Assembly (NCBI GenBank): GCA_963422735.1
Contig: OY730476.1
Span: forward strand, 4,064,001-4,128,000
Direction of reading: 5' to 3'
Source: Candidatus Latescibacterota bacterium
GTDB lineage: Bacteria; Latescibacterota; UBA2968; UBA8231
Length of the DNA stretch: 64,000 bases
The position numbers were made by a program, and so were the translations under genes. Positions 9,740 to 19,506 of this stretch are shown here, in pieces. The notes below the pieces were generated by a model. The model saw nothing but the letters and a program-made list of their open reading frames with translations, searched no databases and was not told the DNA's origin. Position 1 is the first letter of the stretch; each line of letters opens with the position of its first letter.

Positions 9740-12700
9740 ATGGAAAAGCCAAACCAGTACCCCCTGCCGCGCTTTTCGGTCAACCGGCCGGTGACCGTGG
9801 TGATGTCGCTGGTCGCACTGCTGGTGGTGGGCTATATCGCCTACACGCGAATCCCGCTGACGCTTTTTCCCGAAGGCTTCGACTATCCCCGGCTCTTCGC
9901 TTGGGCCCACTATCCCAACGCCGGCGCGGTCGAAGTCGAGCAAAAGGTGGTGCATCACCTCGAAGAGGCCGTCGCCCAAGTCAGCCGGGTCAAGAGGATC
10001 CGCTCCAACGCCTACAGCGGCGGCGGCAATGTCCAGGTCGAGTTCCAGAAGGGCACCGACCTGCAATTGGCTTTTGCCGAGATGAAGGACCGGCTCGACC
10101 GGGTGATGCCCGAGTTGCCGGACGAGATCGAGCAACTGTGGGTCCGGCGCTGGGACCAAAACGACATCCCGATCATGGAGGGAGTCATCACCTTCGAGGC
10201 CCAATACGCCGACCCGCGCCTACTCATCGACACCTATGTGGAGCCGGCGTTGCGCCGCGTTGATGGGGTCGGCAACATCGAGCTTTGGGGCTCACCCAGC
10301 AAACAGGTGATAGTCGAGTTGGACCAAGGCAAGGTGCGCAGCCACCGGGTCAACGTTTTCGAGACGCTCAACAGCCTGCGCGCCCAAAACCTCACCGTAC
10401 CTGGGGGCTGGGTGATCGAGGGCGGCAAGAAGATCTACGTGCGTTCGGTGGGCCGCTTCCAAAACATCGAAGAGATCGCCAACACCGTGGTCGATCCCGA
10501 GTACCAGCTACGGCTGGACGACATCGCCGAGGTCTCCTATAAGCAGCCGCAGCAAGACTGGGTCAACCGCATTGACCGCAAGGAGGCGATGGCCTTCGGT
10601 GTAACCAAGGCATCGGGTGCCAATGTCGTCGAGGTCGCCGACGGCGTGAAGGAGGCGATGGAGAAGCTGAAGGAGCACCCCCAGCTCGAAGGTCTGGACT
10701 TCAAGATGGTCTGGAACCAAGGCGACCAAGTGACCAACTCGGTTGACAATCTCAAAAATTCCGGCCTGTGGGGTGGGCTGTTCGCGGCCATAGTGCTCTT
10801 CTTCTTCTTACGTGCGGTACGCATCACGCTGATCATCACCTTGGCGATCCCGCTGTCTATCTTGGTGACGATTACCGCCCTGTACTTCATAGGCTGGTCG
10901 TTGAATATGGCAACGATGATGGGCCTGATGCTGAGCCTAGGACTGGTGGTTGACAACGCCATTGTCATCGTCGAAAACATCTACCGCAAGCACCAAGAAG
11001 GTATAGCCCCACGCACGGCCTCGATTGAGGGGGCTGGCGAGGTGGGGCTGGCAGTGACCATGGCCACCCTAACGACGGTGGTGGTTTTCCTGCCCCTAAT
11101 CCTGATGAGCGACGAGCAGATGTTTTCGTTCTGGATGCTCAGAATCGGTCTGCCAGTTATCGCGGGGCTAGTGGCGTCGCTGCTCATCGCCCTGATTTTT
11201 ATCCCCCTTGCCGCGCTCAAGCTGGCGACGAGGAAAGAAAAAAGCGAACCACGGATAATCGTCTGGTGCCGCAAGCACTACGTGCGCTCGCTGGGCTGGG
11301 TGCTAAACAATCGTCTCGACGCCTTCATCATTGCCTTGGTCCTTTTCGCCAGCATCAAGATCCCGATGGATGGCATGGAGCGCACCGACAATCAGGAGCG
11401 CAATGAGGTGCGGATGGACTTGGCCTTTGAGATGCCTTCGGGCCAGTCGCTGGACCACGCCGAGAAGTTTATGACCGCTATCGAGGATACGGTGATGGCC
11501 CGCAAGGCAGAGTACAACGTCGAGATGCTGCGGACCTATTTCCGCCGTGGCTGGGGCCGGGTGACGCTGTTTTTCGCCGAAGAGGGAGATGTAGAGTGGT
11601 ATCAAGTGGCTTGGGACAATTTGAACGTCGCGCTGGGCCTAAAGGAAAAGGAACACCTCTCCTACAAGGAGGTCGAAAAGGATCTCCGCGAGCGGCTCTA
11701 CCTGCCGCCAGGCACCAACCTGCGGGTCAACTGGGAAAACTCCGAGCAGGATCCCCGGGTAAATGTCAGCCTGTATGGCGAGGATACCGAGGTGCTGGTC
11801 GGGCTGGCCGCCGAGGTCGAACGGCGGCTGGAGAGCATCCCTGGCTTGCTGTCGGTCAACACCGACATGGACCGCGGCGGCACCGAGCTACAGGTGCGCC
11901 TCGACCGCGACCAAGTGCAGCGTTTCGGCGTGAATCCCCAGGTGATTTCGGGAGGCATTGCCTACGCACTGCGCGGCACGGATATCAACAAGTTCCACAC
12001 TGACGACGGCCGCGAGGTCAATATCCGCGTGCAGCTAGCCAGCTACGACAGCCAGACCCTAGATGATCTGCGCAACCAGAGCTTCCCCACCGTTGATGAC
12101 CGCGAAGTGTCCCTCGAATCGCTGGCGGACATCTACATCGAGCGCACGCTGGGCAATATCCGGCGCGAGAACCGGCAGACCATGCTCAATGTCAGCGCCC
12201 GCGCCTCCAAGGACCGGGCTCAACAGCTTTTCGCCCAAGTCGATCAGGTGATGCAGGGCTTCGAGATGCCACGCGGCTACCGCTGGGACAAGGGTGCCCG
12301 CTTTGTGGAGCTGGAGGAGCAGGACCAATCGCAGAAGTTTGCCCTTATCATGTCCGTGACCTTCGTCTTTTTGCTCATGGGGGTCCTCTTTGAGTCGTTC
12401 GTGCTACCGCTGTCGGTAATCGTGTCCATCCCATTCTCCTTTCTCGGCGTTTACTGGGTTCTATATTTGACGGACACGCCCTTTGAAATCATGTCGATGA
12501 TCGGCTCGGTGATCCTAATCGGCGTGGTGGTCAACAACGCCATCGTGCTGATCGATTTGGCCAACCGGCTGCGGGCAGCGGGTAGATCGCGCTACGACGC
12601 GCTGCTAGAGGCTGGCCGACACCGCTTCCGGCCGATCCTGATGACGACCTTTACCACCGCTTTCGGGCTGATCCCGATGGCAGCGGGCAATTCTAAGATG

Positions 12701-12910
12701 GTGGGTTTGGCCTACGCGCCACTGGGCAGGACGATGATCGGGGGGCTGCTGGCTGCCATGGTGCTGACGCTGATGTTGGTGCCGTTGTTTTACACCTTCT
12801 TCGACGATTTCCGCACGGCAACGCAGCGGATTATGGCGTCGGCGTTTGGGCGGAAAGGGGAGGGGGCTAGCGGATCATCGCCCCAAGCGGAAGACCTGAT
12901 AGGGCACTGA
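9740..12910 (+). CDS. second RND efflux permease
   Basis: NRPVT, GLVVDNAIVIVENI, VVNNAIVLID, RFRPILMTT; RBS AGGAGG. Confidence 0.9.
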   Translation: MEKPNQYPLPRFSVNRPVTVVMSLVALLVVGYIAYTRIPLTLFPEGFDYPRLFAWAHYPNAGAVEVEQKVVHHLEEAVAQVSRVKRIRSNAYSGGGNVQVEFQKGTDLQLAFAEMKDRLDRVMPELPDEIEQLWVRRWDQNDIPIMEGVITFEAQYADPRLLIDTYVEPALRRVDGVGNIELWGSPSKQVIVELDQGKVRSHRVNVFETLNSLRAQNLTVPGGWVIEGGKKIYVRSVGRFQNIEEIANTVVDPEYQLRLDDIAEVSYKQPQQDWVNRIDRKEAMAFGVTKASGANVVEVADGVKEAMEKLKEHPQLEGLDFKMVWNQGDQVTNSVDNLKNSGLWGGLFAAIVLFFFLRAVRITLIITLAIPLSILVTITALYFIGWSLNMATMMGLMLSLGLVVDNAIVIVENIYRKHQEGIAPRTASIEGAGEVGLAVTMATLTTVVVFLPLILMSDEQMFSFWMLRIGLPVIAGLVASLLIALIFIPLAALKLATRKEKSEPRIIVWCRKHYVRSLGWVLNNRLDAFIIALVLFASIKIPMDGMERTDNQERNEVRMDLAFEMPSGQSLDHAEKFMTAIEDTVMARKAEYNVEMLRTYFRRGWGRVTLFFAEEGDVEWYQVAWDNLNVALGLKEKEHLSYKEVEKDLRERLYLPPGTNLRVNWENSEQDPRVNVSLYGEDTEVLVGLAAEVERRLESIPGLLSVNTDMDRGGTELQVRLDRDQVQRFGVNPQVISGGIAYALRGTDINKFHTDDGREVNIRVQLASYDSQTLDDLRNQSFPTVDDREVSLESLADIYIERTLGNIRRENRQTMLNVSARASKDRAQQLFAQVDQVMQGFEMPRGYRWDKGARFVELEEQDQSQKFALIMSVTFVFLLMGVLFESFVLPLSVIVSIPFSFLGVYWVLYLTDTPFEIMSMIGSVILIGVVVNNAIVLIDLANRLRAAGRSRYDALLEAGRHRFRPILMTTFTTAFGLIPMAAGNSKMVGLAYAPLGRTMIGGLLAAMVLTLMLVPLFYTFFDDFRTATQRIMASAFGRKGEGASGSSPQAEDLIGH

Positions 12911-14404
12911 GGGGCAGCCAGCACGGCGGCGATTTATTTCCGCGATCAATTCCCACCGTGGATACGTAGCGCGTAGCGATTTGGGTACTTTGCCGCCCGT
13001 TCGCACGCCGAAGAGCACTTCTTCTGGATAGGGCACCTCGCGCTGCCCGTAAAAATCCGTCAGATCCCGGAACCTCGGATCATCGACCGTGTAGTACTTC
13101 CGCTCGGCCCGCCCGTAATACGCTAGCGCGAACGGTATGCTGTACTGTGTGCTCAGCAGCGGCAGCGGTGGGAGAGCTTCCTCCATGTCGGCGGCGAAGC
13201 GATGCCAGCCGCTGTACTCGCAGAGCCGTTCGCTCCACGAGTAGGAAGGCTCGCGGACTTGGTCTTCCTGCGACACCAAACCAACATAGCTTTTGTCCAG
13301 CCCGCTGCGCTCGGCGAGGTCGCTGTAGAGACCGGGGTATTTCAGTCCTATGCCGATGGTGAGTGCTTGCAACAACCCGGTAGCGACGACAGTGACGAGC
13401 AGCCAGCGTCTGGGATGTGCAGCAAATGCCACAGGCCACAGGCTCAGCAAGCCCGGCAGGAACCAGTTGCCTTTGACCTGACCTCGGCTGAGTGCGAAAA
13501 GCAAAAAAGCACCGATGGTGCAGAGCGCGGGGAGCAGGGCGAGGAGGCCGCGCTGTTTGGCTGCCTGCACCAAGCCGGCATAGAGCAGGAACAGCAAAAA
13601 CGGCGACATAAAAAAGAGCGGACTGACCGCAAAGAAGAGCAGGCGCGAGAGGGGATGGCCAAGATCGTCGATGCGCGAAAGGGTGCTCAGAGTCTGCGGC
13701 AGATAAAAGCCGGTGCTGAACTGGGCGTAGGCGAGCGGTGCGGCGACTGCGACGGCGGGCAGCAGGAACGCGGTGAGCAGGTGCCAACGCTTTTTACCGC
13801 GTTGGCCGAGTGCGATCCACAAGCCGAGTGCGACGACGAGAAAAGCGCCCGAGTACTTGCATAGAATGGCTAAACCCGCCGCGAGGCCCGTGCATATATA
13901 GGGCCGCAGCGCGTTGGTTACTGCGGCCTGCCGCGCCGAGCACAGAGCCAGCAGCCAACAGGGGACTAAGAAGCCATCGGGATGCAGGTAGGAACTGGTG
14001 TGCCACGTCCAGTGGCTGAGCGCGAAGGCAGCGGCGGCCCACAGCGCCAGATGTTTTGCGAGGCCCTGCATCCTGCAAAGCCGATAGATGAGCGCGGTAG
14101 AAAACGCGCCCAACAAAGCAGAGGGCAGCCGCAGGAACCACTCTTGGTGCGGGTAGAGCGCGTGGGTCAGCTTGAAGACGGCCAAGGGCAAGAGCGCGTA
14201 CAAGGCATCGAGGTGCTGGCTCCAATACCAGTAAACAGCCTCGTCCTTGCCCAGCTCCACATCGGCGACCAGCCAGAGCTTGAGCAGGGTATAGACACCC
14301 AGCAGGGCAGGCCATAGCAGATTGACGCTGTTGGGGCCGCCGCGTATATTGTGAAACCTGAACGCGGTAGAACAATTCAGAATAGAATTATGGAGATAGT
14401 TCAA
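12875..14404 (-). CDS. membrane glycosyltransferase, GT39/ArnT-like
   Basis: DEAVYWYWSQHL, LCKYSG, many TM segments; true start uncertain. Confidence 0.7.
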   Translation of the reverse strand: MNYLHNSILNCSTAFRFHNIRGGPNSVNLLWPALLGVYTLLKLWLVADVELGKDEAVYWYWSQHLDALYALLPLAVFKLTHALYPHQEWFLRLPSALLGAFSTALIYRLCRMQGLAKHLALWAAAAFALSHWTWHTSSYLHPDGFLVPCWLLALCSARQAAVTNALRPYICTGLAAGLAILCKYSGAFLVVALGLWIALGQRGKKRWHLLTAFLLPAVAVAAPLAYAQFSTGFYLPQTLSTLSRIDDLGHPLSRLLFFAVSPLFFMSPFLLFLLYAGLVQAAKQRGLLALLPALCTIGAFLLFALSRGQVKGNWFLPGLLSLWPVAFAAHPRRWLLVTVVATGLLQALTIGIGLKYPGLYSDLAERSGLDKSYVGLVSQEDQVREPSYSWSERLCEYSGWHRFAADMEEALPPLPLLSTQYSIPFALAYYGRAERKYYTVDDPRFRDLTDFYGQREVPYPEEVLFGVRTGGKVPKSLRATYPRWELIAEINRRRAGCPSVPYQVFRLGR

Positions 14405-15012
14405 TGGCCGAAAAAGACGAAGATCTGATCAAAACTCTCCAGGAAAAAAACCTAGAGCAGAGTCTGTACAAAGCGCGCAAGATATTTCTTTGGTCCGACG
14501 TCAACGACGAGTCGGCCAAGGCCGTAGTTACTCGCTTGCTGTCGCTAGACACCGACGATCCAACCGAGGAAATCGTCCTCTACATCAACAGTCCCGGCGG
14601 CTCGGTTCACGACGGCATGGCTATCTACGATGCCATGCTGGCGATCCAAGCACCCGTTTCCACCGTGTGCATGGGCATGGCCATGAGCATGGGCTCGTTC
14701 CTGCTCGCCGCTGGCGAGCCGGGGCGACGTTTCGCCTGGCCGCACGCCCGGATTATGATTCACCAGCCGCTCCTTATGCACACCGTCACCGGCACCGCCA
14801 CCGACCTCGATATCCGCGCCAAAGAGACCATTCGCCTGCGCGAAGAACTCAACGCGCTCTACGCCAAGCAGACCGGCCAAGATGTCGAGAAAATCGCCAA
14901 GGACACGGACCGCGACTTTTTCATGTCGGCCGAGGAAGCCAAGGCATACGGTCTGATCGACGACGTGATCATCACCACGGCACCCTCGCCCAACGGGTAC
15001 AGCAAAAAGTAG
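14404..15012 (+). CDS. clpP: ATP-dependent Clp protease proteolytic subunit
   Basis: YINSPGGSV, catalytic Ser in AMSMGS, IMIHQP, DTDRDFFMSAEEAKAYGLID. Confidence 0.95.
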   Translation: MAEKDEDLIKTLQEKNLEQSLYKARKIFLWSDVNDESAKAVVTRLLSLDTDDPTEEIVLYINSPGGSVHDGMAIYDAMLAIQAPVSTVCMGMAMSMGSFLLAAGEPGRRFAWPHARIMIHQPLLMHTVTGTATDLDIRAKETIRLREELNALYAKQTGQDVEKIAKDTDRDFFMSAEEAKAYGLIDDVIITTAPSPNGYSKK

Positions 15013-15066
15013 CACTGTCCCTTCGTCTCTTGTTCGCCGCGCCGGTCCCAAACGGGGTCGGCGTTT

Positions 15067-15873
15067 TTATTGGCAACTTGGGCAATAGAAGGTGCTTCGG
15101 CCTCCCAAGTAGAGGCTCTCGATGGGCGCATCGCAGACGCGGCAACCCTCGCCTTGGCGGCCGTACACGTGGAGCCGCTGCTGGAAGCGCCCGCCCGCGC
15201 CCGACCCCTGATAGTCGCTGATGGTTGTGCCGCCTTGGTCGATGGCGACGCGCAGGACTTTTTTGATCTCCTTGACGAGCAGGGCCAAGCGCGGCGGATC
15301 AATGGCCGCGGCCGGAGTCGCCGGATGAATGCGCGCCCGGAAGAGGGCTTCGCTGGCGTAGATATTGCCCACGCCGACGACTGTGCGGCTGTCCATAATG
15401 AGGTTCTTGATCGGGCTTTTGCGCCGCTGGCATTGGGCTTGGAGATAGCGGGCATTGAAGGAGCGGGAGAGGGGCTCGGGGCCGAGGTTTTGCAAGTGCC
15501 GGCACGTGTGCTCCTCGCCCTCGTCGAGCACCAGCACCAAGCCAAAGCGTCGCGGGTCGTTGAACGCCACGGCACCCCCATCGGCAAACTCAAAGCCCAC
15601 GTGGTCGTGCTTGGTGCCCCACGGCCGCAGGAGCAGATTGCCGCTCATGCCGAGATGTACCAAAAGCGTCCGGTCCGATTGCAGATCAAGGAGAAGAAAT
15701 TTGGCGCGGCGGCGAGCGGCCGCAAAGCAGTCCCCGACCAAGGAGCGCAGCGCGGCCCTCGGCAGAGGCTCGCGCAGGCGTTTCGCACTGACGCGGACGC
15801 GGGTGATCGGACGGTCTAGCAGGTGGCACTCCATCGCACTGCGGACGGTTTCGACCTCGGGTAACTCGGGCAT
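15067..15873 (-). CDS. mutM: formamidopyrimidine-DNA glycosylase
   Basis: N-terminal MPELPEVETV, HLGMSG, DPRRFG, GVGNIYASE, C-terminal zinc finger. Confidence 0.95.
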   Translation of the reverse strand: MPELPEVETVRSAMECHLLDRPITRVRVSAKRLREPLPRAALRSLVGDCFAAARRRAKFLLLDLQSDRTLLVHLGMSGNLLLRPWGTKHDHVGFEFADGGAVAFNDPRRFGLVLVLDEGEEHTCRHLQNLGPEPLSRSFNARYLQAQCQRRKSPIKNLIMDSRTVVGVGNIYASEALFRARIHPATPAAAIDPPRLALLVKEIKKVLRVAIDQGGTTISDYQGSGAGGRFQQRLHVYGRQGEGCRVCDAPIESLYLGGRSTFYCPSCQ

Positions 15874-15975
15874 GGGCAGAGTATATAAGCCGCCCATAGA
15901 GGCGTCAAACATTGCCGACCGGTCTGCGGTTGGTATATTGAAAACCCTCACCTCAAAACGCAGGAGCTATTACTC

Positions 15976-17277
15976 ATGGATCTGACAAGACAACCACCCC
16001 GTCGCCCCTCCAACGCCCGCGTCGCCGGCATCGTCGGGCTGGCGCGCATGATCGACAAGGCACGCGGGCACAACGCGGAGACCATCGGCGAGTTCAAGTA
16101 TGGAGAGGACTCTGGCCTCGATGTCGAAGTGCTCGAATTCATCAATATAAACGCCGCCGAGTTCGCCGAGGCCGTCGGCAAACTGGACGACGAAGCTTTG
16201 GGCGAATTGGCTTTGGAAAGAGCGCAGAAGAGCCAAGCGGAGATCGATGTCTTCAACGAGGAACACCTCACCCGCGAGCCGCAAGACGAGCTACACGAGC
16301 GGCTGCTCGTCGAGCGGATCGCCCGGTACGCCCCGGAGCGCACGGACATCAAGACGGTCTTCGCTTCCATCGAATTGGACGACTGGGGCGCGTTCAGGGA
16401 CCTAGACCTGACCTCCCAACCGCCGTGCAGTCCGTACCTCCGCAGCGTCTTCGGCGTGGCGGGTGCAGCGCGCATGGCCGACAAGGCACGGGCCGCCACC
16501 TGCGGCAAGTTAGGCGAGTACCGCTTTGGTGCCGACTCCAGCCAAGACGCCGCCATTTTGGATTTTTTGGGCATTGACGAGGACGCCTTTCGCCAAGCCG
16601 CGTACGAAAATCCCAACGACGACGAGCTAAGCGAGTGGATCGCCGAGTGCTGCCAAAAGTCGGCCGCGGACAAAAGCGTCTTCAACGCTTGGCGCGCCAA
16701 TGTCGGCCGCTACGGAGAGATGCACGAGCGGCTAAAGATGCGTCGGGCCGAAGTCGCGCCCGAGCGCGAGGACATAGAGACCTTCTTTGACTTACAAGAC
16801 CTCGACGACGAGTTGAGCTTTGGGCTGACGGACTTGCGCCGGCACCCGCCGCGCAGCGCGTTTGATCTGAGCGTGGGCGGCCTCGCCTGCCTAGCGCGGA
16901 TGATCGACAAATTTCGCGCGGCACGCTGCAATGGTCTGGGCGAGTACTGGTGCGGCGAGGATTCGGGGTTCGACCGTGCGATTCTGGACTTTCTCGACCT
17001 CGACGAGGAGGCTTTCGCCGAGGCGATCGCGGCCAACGGAACCGACGAGGCGGTGGTGGCGTGGCTGGGCGAGCGGCTAGCCGACAAGAGCGAGGAAGAG
17101 AAGGCGCAGTTTAACCAACGGCTCCTGACCGCCAGCCCGCGCAACAATCGGCAGCAGAGCTTTTTGCGCGGAGCCATCGCCCGGCTCGACGCCTCGCGCA
17201 CCGACATCGAGAGCTTTGCGGCCCTGACCCTGCTCGACGACAAGGTTTCCTTCGCAAGGCTCAAGGCCGGCGTCTGA
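15976..17277 (+). CDS. protein of three tandem DUF5069-like domains
   Basis: Three repeats: LARMIDKARG/AARMADKARA/LARMIDKFRA, GEFKYGEDSGLD/GEYRFGADSSQD/GEYWCGEDSGFD, each ending in an LDD motif. Confidence 0.75.
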   Translation: MDLTRQPPRRPSNARVAGIVGLARMIDKARGHNAETIGEFKYGEDSGLDVEVLEFININAAEFAEAVGKLDDEALGELALERAQKSQAEIDVFNEEHLTREPQDELHERLLVERIARYAPERTDIKTVFASIELDDWGAFRDLDLTSQPPCSPYLRSVFGVAGAARMADKARAATCGKLGEYRFGADSSQDAAILDFLGIDEDAFRQAAYENPNDDELSEWIAECCQKSAADKSVFNAWRANVGRYGEMHERLKMRRAEVAPEREDIETFFDLQDLDDELSFGLTDLRRHPPRSAFDLSVGGLACLARMIDKFRAARCNGLGEYWCGEDSGFDRAILDFLDLDEEAFAEAIAANGTDEAVVAWLGERLADKSEEEKAQFNQRLLTASPRNNRQQSFLRGAIARLDASRTDIESFAALTLLDDKVSFARLKAGV

Positions 17278-17969
17278 TGCTCCGCCCGCTCATCGGCATC
17301 ACCAGTAGCCTAAACGCCGATGGCCAGCAAATCCTCGACCACCACTATATAGAAGCGGTCGCGCAGGCGGGCGGGGCCCCGCTCGTGTTGCCCATGACCA
17401 CAGAACGCGCTGCGCTGCAAGCGGTACTCGAGCGCATCGACGGTTTGTTGATCACCGGCGGCCCGGGCATTGAGCGCGGCCTGATCGGCACCCTGCCCAG
17501 CGATCTACCGCCGGTGGCGGCTAGGCGCGACCAAGCCGACCGCTGGAGCTTTGAGGCCGCGCAAGAGCGCCAGTTGCCGATTTTGGGCATCTGCTACGGA
17601 ATGCAGTTTATCAGTGCCGAGTTGGGCGGCACGATCTGGGCGGACGTGGAGGCCCAGATCGGCGTCGAGCCGCACTCGCCGCAGCGGGTCAACGCCGAGC
17701 GCATTGAGCACGATCTCCAAGTAGAGCCGGGCGCGGTGCTGGCCGCGCTGAGCCATGCTGGCCTTTCGCGGGTCAATTCTTATCACCTGCAGGCCATTGA
17801 CCAGCCCGGCGCGGGCTTGGGCGTCAGCGGGCGCAGCGGCGATGGCGTCGTGGAAGCGATTGAGAGCGCGGATGGCCGCTTGATCGGCGTACAGTTTCAC
17901 CCGGAGCGGATGCTTGGGACGATTTGGTCCAAGCTCTTTGATCACTTAGTGAGCCGAGCGGCGGATTAG
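17277..17969 (+). CDS. gamma-glutamyl-gamma-aminobutyrate hydrolase family (peptidase C26, PuuD-like)
   Basis: RPLIGIT, DGLLITGG, LGICYGMQ, VNSYHLQA, GVQFHPE; TGATG coupling to the upstream gene. Confidence 0.85.
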   Translation: MLRPLIGITSSLNADGQQILDHHYIEAVAQAGGAPLVLPMTTERAALQAVLERIDGLLITGGPGIERGLIGTLPSDLPPVAARRDQADRWSFEAAQERQLPILGICYGMQFISAELGGTIWADVEAQIGVEPHSPQRVNAERIEHDLQVEPGAVLAALSHAGLSRVNSYHLQAIDQPGAGLGVSGRSGDGVVEAIESADGRLIGVQFHPERMLGTIWSKLFDHLVSRAAD

Positions 17970-17993
17970 GGGCCTAAAGAAGGATGGGTTTAT

Positions 17994-18160
17994 CTACTGA
18001 GTCATGCTCGGACGGAGAATGTTGATAACGCCCTCAACGACTTGTCTGAAGGCGTCTGCTGTTAGACTTCCGATCTCTTTCCGCATGAGATTGTGATTGG
18101 CAGTAAACGGTTTACTAAGGCGAGCATAGCTTATCTTATGTAAGGAACCGGTAGCCTCAC
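17994..18160 (-). pseudogene. C-terminal remnant of a PemK/MazF-family toxin
   Basis: GSLHKISYARLSKPFTANHNLMRKEIGSL...QVVEGVINIL resembles PemK-like C-termini; N-terminus absent. Confidence 0.6.
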
Positions 18161-18164
18161 CACC

Positions 18165-18305
18165 CTGACCCCAGGCGATTTCGCCGTAGTCCGTCGAAAA
18201 GCCGAAATCCTCGGCCACCTGCAGGACGCGAAGGCACTCGCCGAATTGCTAAGTGCCGAGTGCGAAGCCAAGTCGAATCATTCGCGGAGGGTGGGCTTTC
18301 TGTGA
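18165..18305 (+). pseudogene. 3' remnant of an AAA ATPase (copy 1)
   Basis: LTPGDFAVVRRKAEILGHLQDAKALAELLSAECEAKSNHSRRVGFL*. Confidence 0.6.
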
Positions 18306-18322
18306 TAGCAGAGGAATGATTG

Positions 18323-18994
18323 ATGACTAATATGCAAAAAGACCAAACTCTTTTTCGAGCTCAAGGTTGTTTGCTTGGCCAACTTGCGGGAGATTCGCTG
18401 GGCAGCTTAGTGGAATTCCTAAGCCCCGAGGATATTCAGCGCGAGTACCCCGCCGGAGTCCGAAACCTCGCGGACGGCGGGATCTGGAATACGATTGCCG
18501 GGCAGCCGACAGACTAAGTGTAGCACAAGAGATACGATCCAACGCTTGCTCTTGATGCCTATATCGGCTGGCTGAACTCTGATCCGTTCGACCGCGGCTC
18601 CACCATCAGCAGTGGTCTCCAGGGTAAACGCGATTGGAACAGCCAAGCGAGCCAAGATGCGGATCAGCCCGCTGGGCATCTTCGGCGCGAACTACGGATT
18701 CAAACAGGTGGCGGAGTGGGCGTGCGAGGACGCGGCACTCACGCATCCCCATCCGGTCTGCCAGCAAGCCCCTCGGCCATCGCCTGCGCGATCCGCACCG
18801 GATGCGAACCGCAGGACCTGTACGAACGAATCCAGACGTGGGCCGAGAAGATCCCAGCGGAATTGACGCTCATGTCGTCCATCAACGGCGCGGCCACAGC
18901 ACCGCCCGCGGAGTATATGCATCAAGAAGGCTGAGTTCTGACAGCATTCCGCAACGCGCTATGGTAACTGCTCCACGCCGAGAATCTCGAAGAA
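18323..18994 (+). pseudogene. ADP-ribosylglycohydrolase (DraG/ARH family), fragmented
   Basis: RAQGCLLGQLAGDSLGSLVEF...AGQPTD*, then MRISPLGI, DAALTHPHP and VLTAFRNAL, with stops and frameshifts. Confidence 0.8.
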
Positions 18995-19035
18995 CCCCGA
19001 GCGCGCGACTTATGAGCCGCTTGTGCCTAAGTAGT

Positions 19036-19165
19036 CTAACTCCAGGCGATTTTTCCGTAGTCCGCCGAAATCTTCGGCCATCTACAAGACCCGAAGGCTC
19101 TCGCCGAATTGCTGAGTGCCGAGTGTGGAGCCAAGCCGAACCACTCGCGCAAGATGGGCTTTTGA
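19036..19165 (+). pseudogene. 3' remnant of an AAA ATPase (copy 2, degenerate repeat of 18165-18305)
   Basis: LTPGDFSVVRR...ALAELLSAECGAKPNHSRKMGF*, with a small internal deletion/frameshift. Confidence 0.6.
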
Positions 19166-19194
19166 TCATAGGTTCTATTACCACTGAACGAAGG

Positions 19195-19422
19195 GAGAAC
19201 CCGCCGCATCCTAGCAAAGTTGTGCGCGTGTCCTGTCTGGAGCCGCTCGGCCTCAACGTCACCGAAGGCGCGAAGATTCTCGGCGTCAGTCGCCAAGTCC
19301 TCTCGAACGTAGTGAATTGTCGCGCTCGCATTTCGGCCGATATGGCGATCCGTCTCGCGAAAGCCTTCGGCTCCACGATGGAGACTTGGATACGGCTGCA
19401 AGCGGCCTACGACGTCGCGCAG
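19195..19422 (+). pseudogene. HigA-family antitoxin remnant
   Basis: NPPHPSKVV...LEPLGLNVTEGAKILGVSRQVLSNVVN...ISADMAIRLAKAFGSTMETWIRLQAAYD; no own start or stop. Confidence 0.75.
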
Positions 19423-19506
19423 AGCACTACGAGCCGCGACCCGTTTGAGGCAACAGACCGGTTCCCGAAGGATCGTACGGGCATTTTTGCTGTAAATTTG
19501 AAGTCC

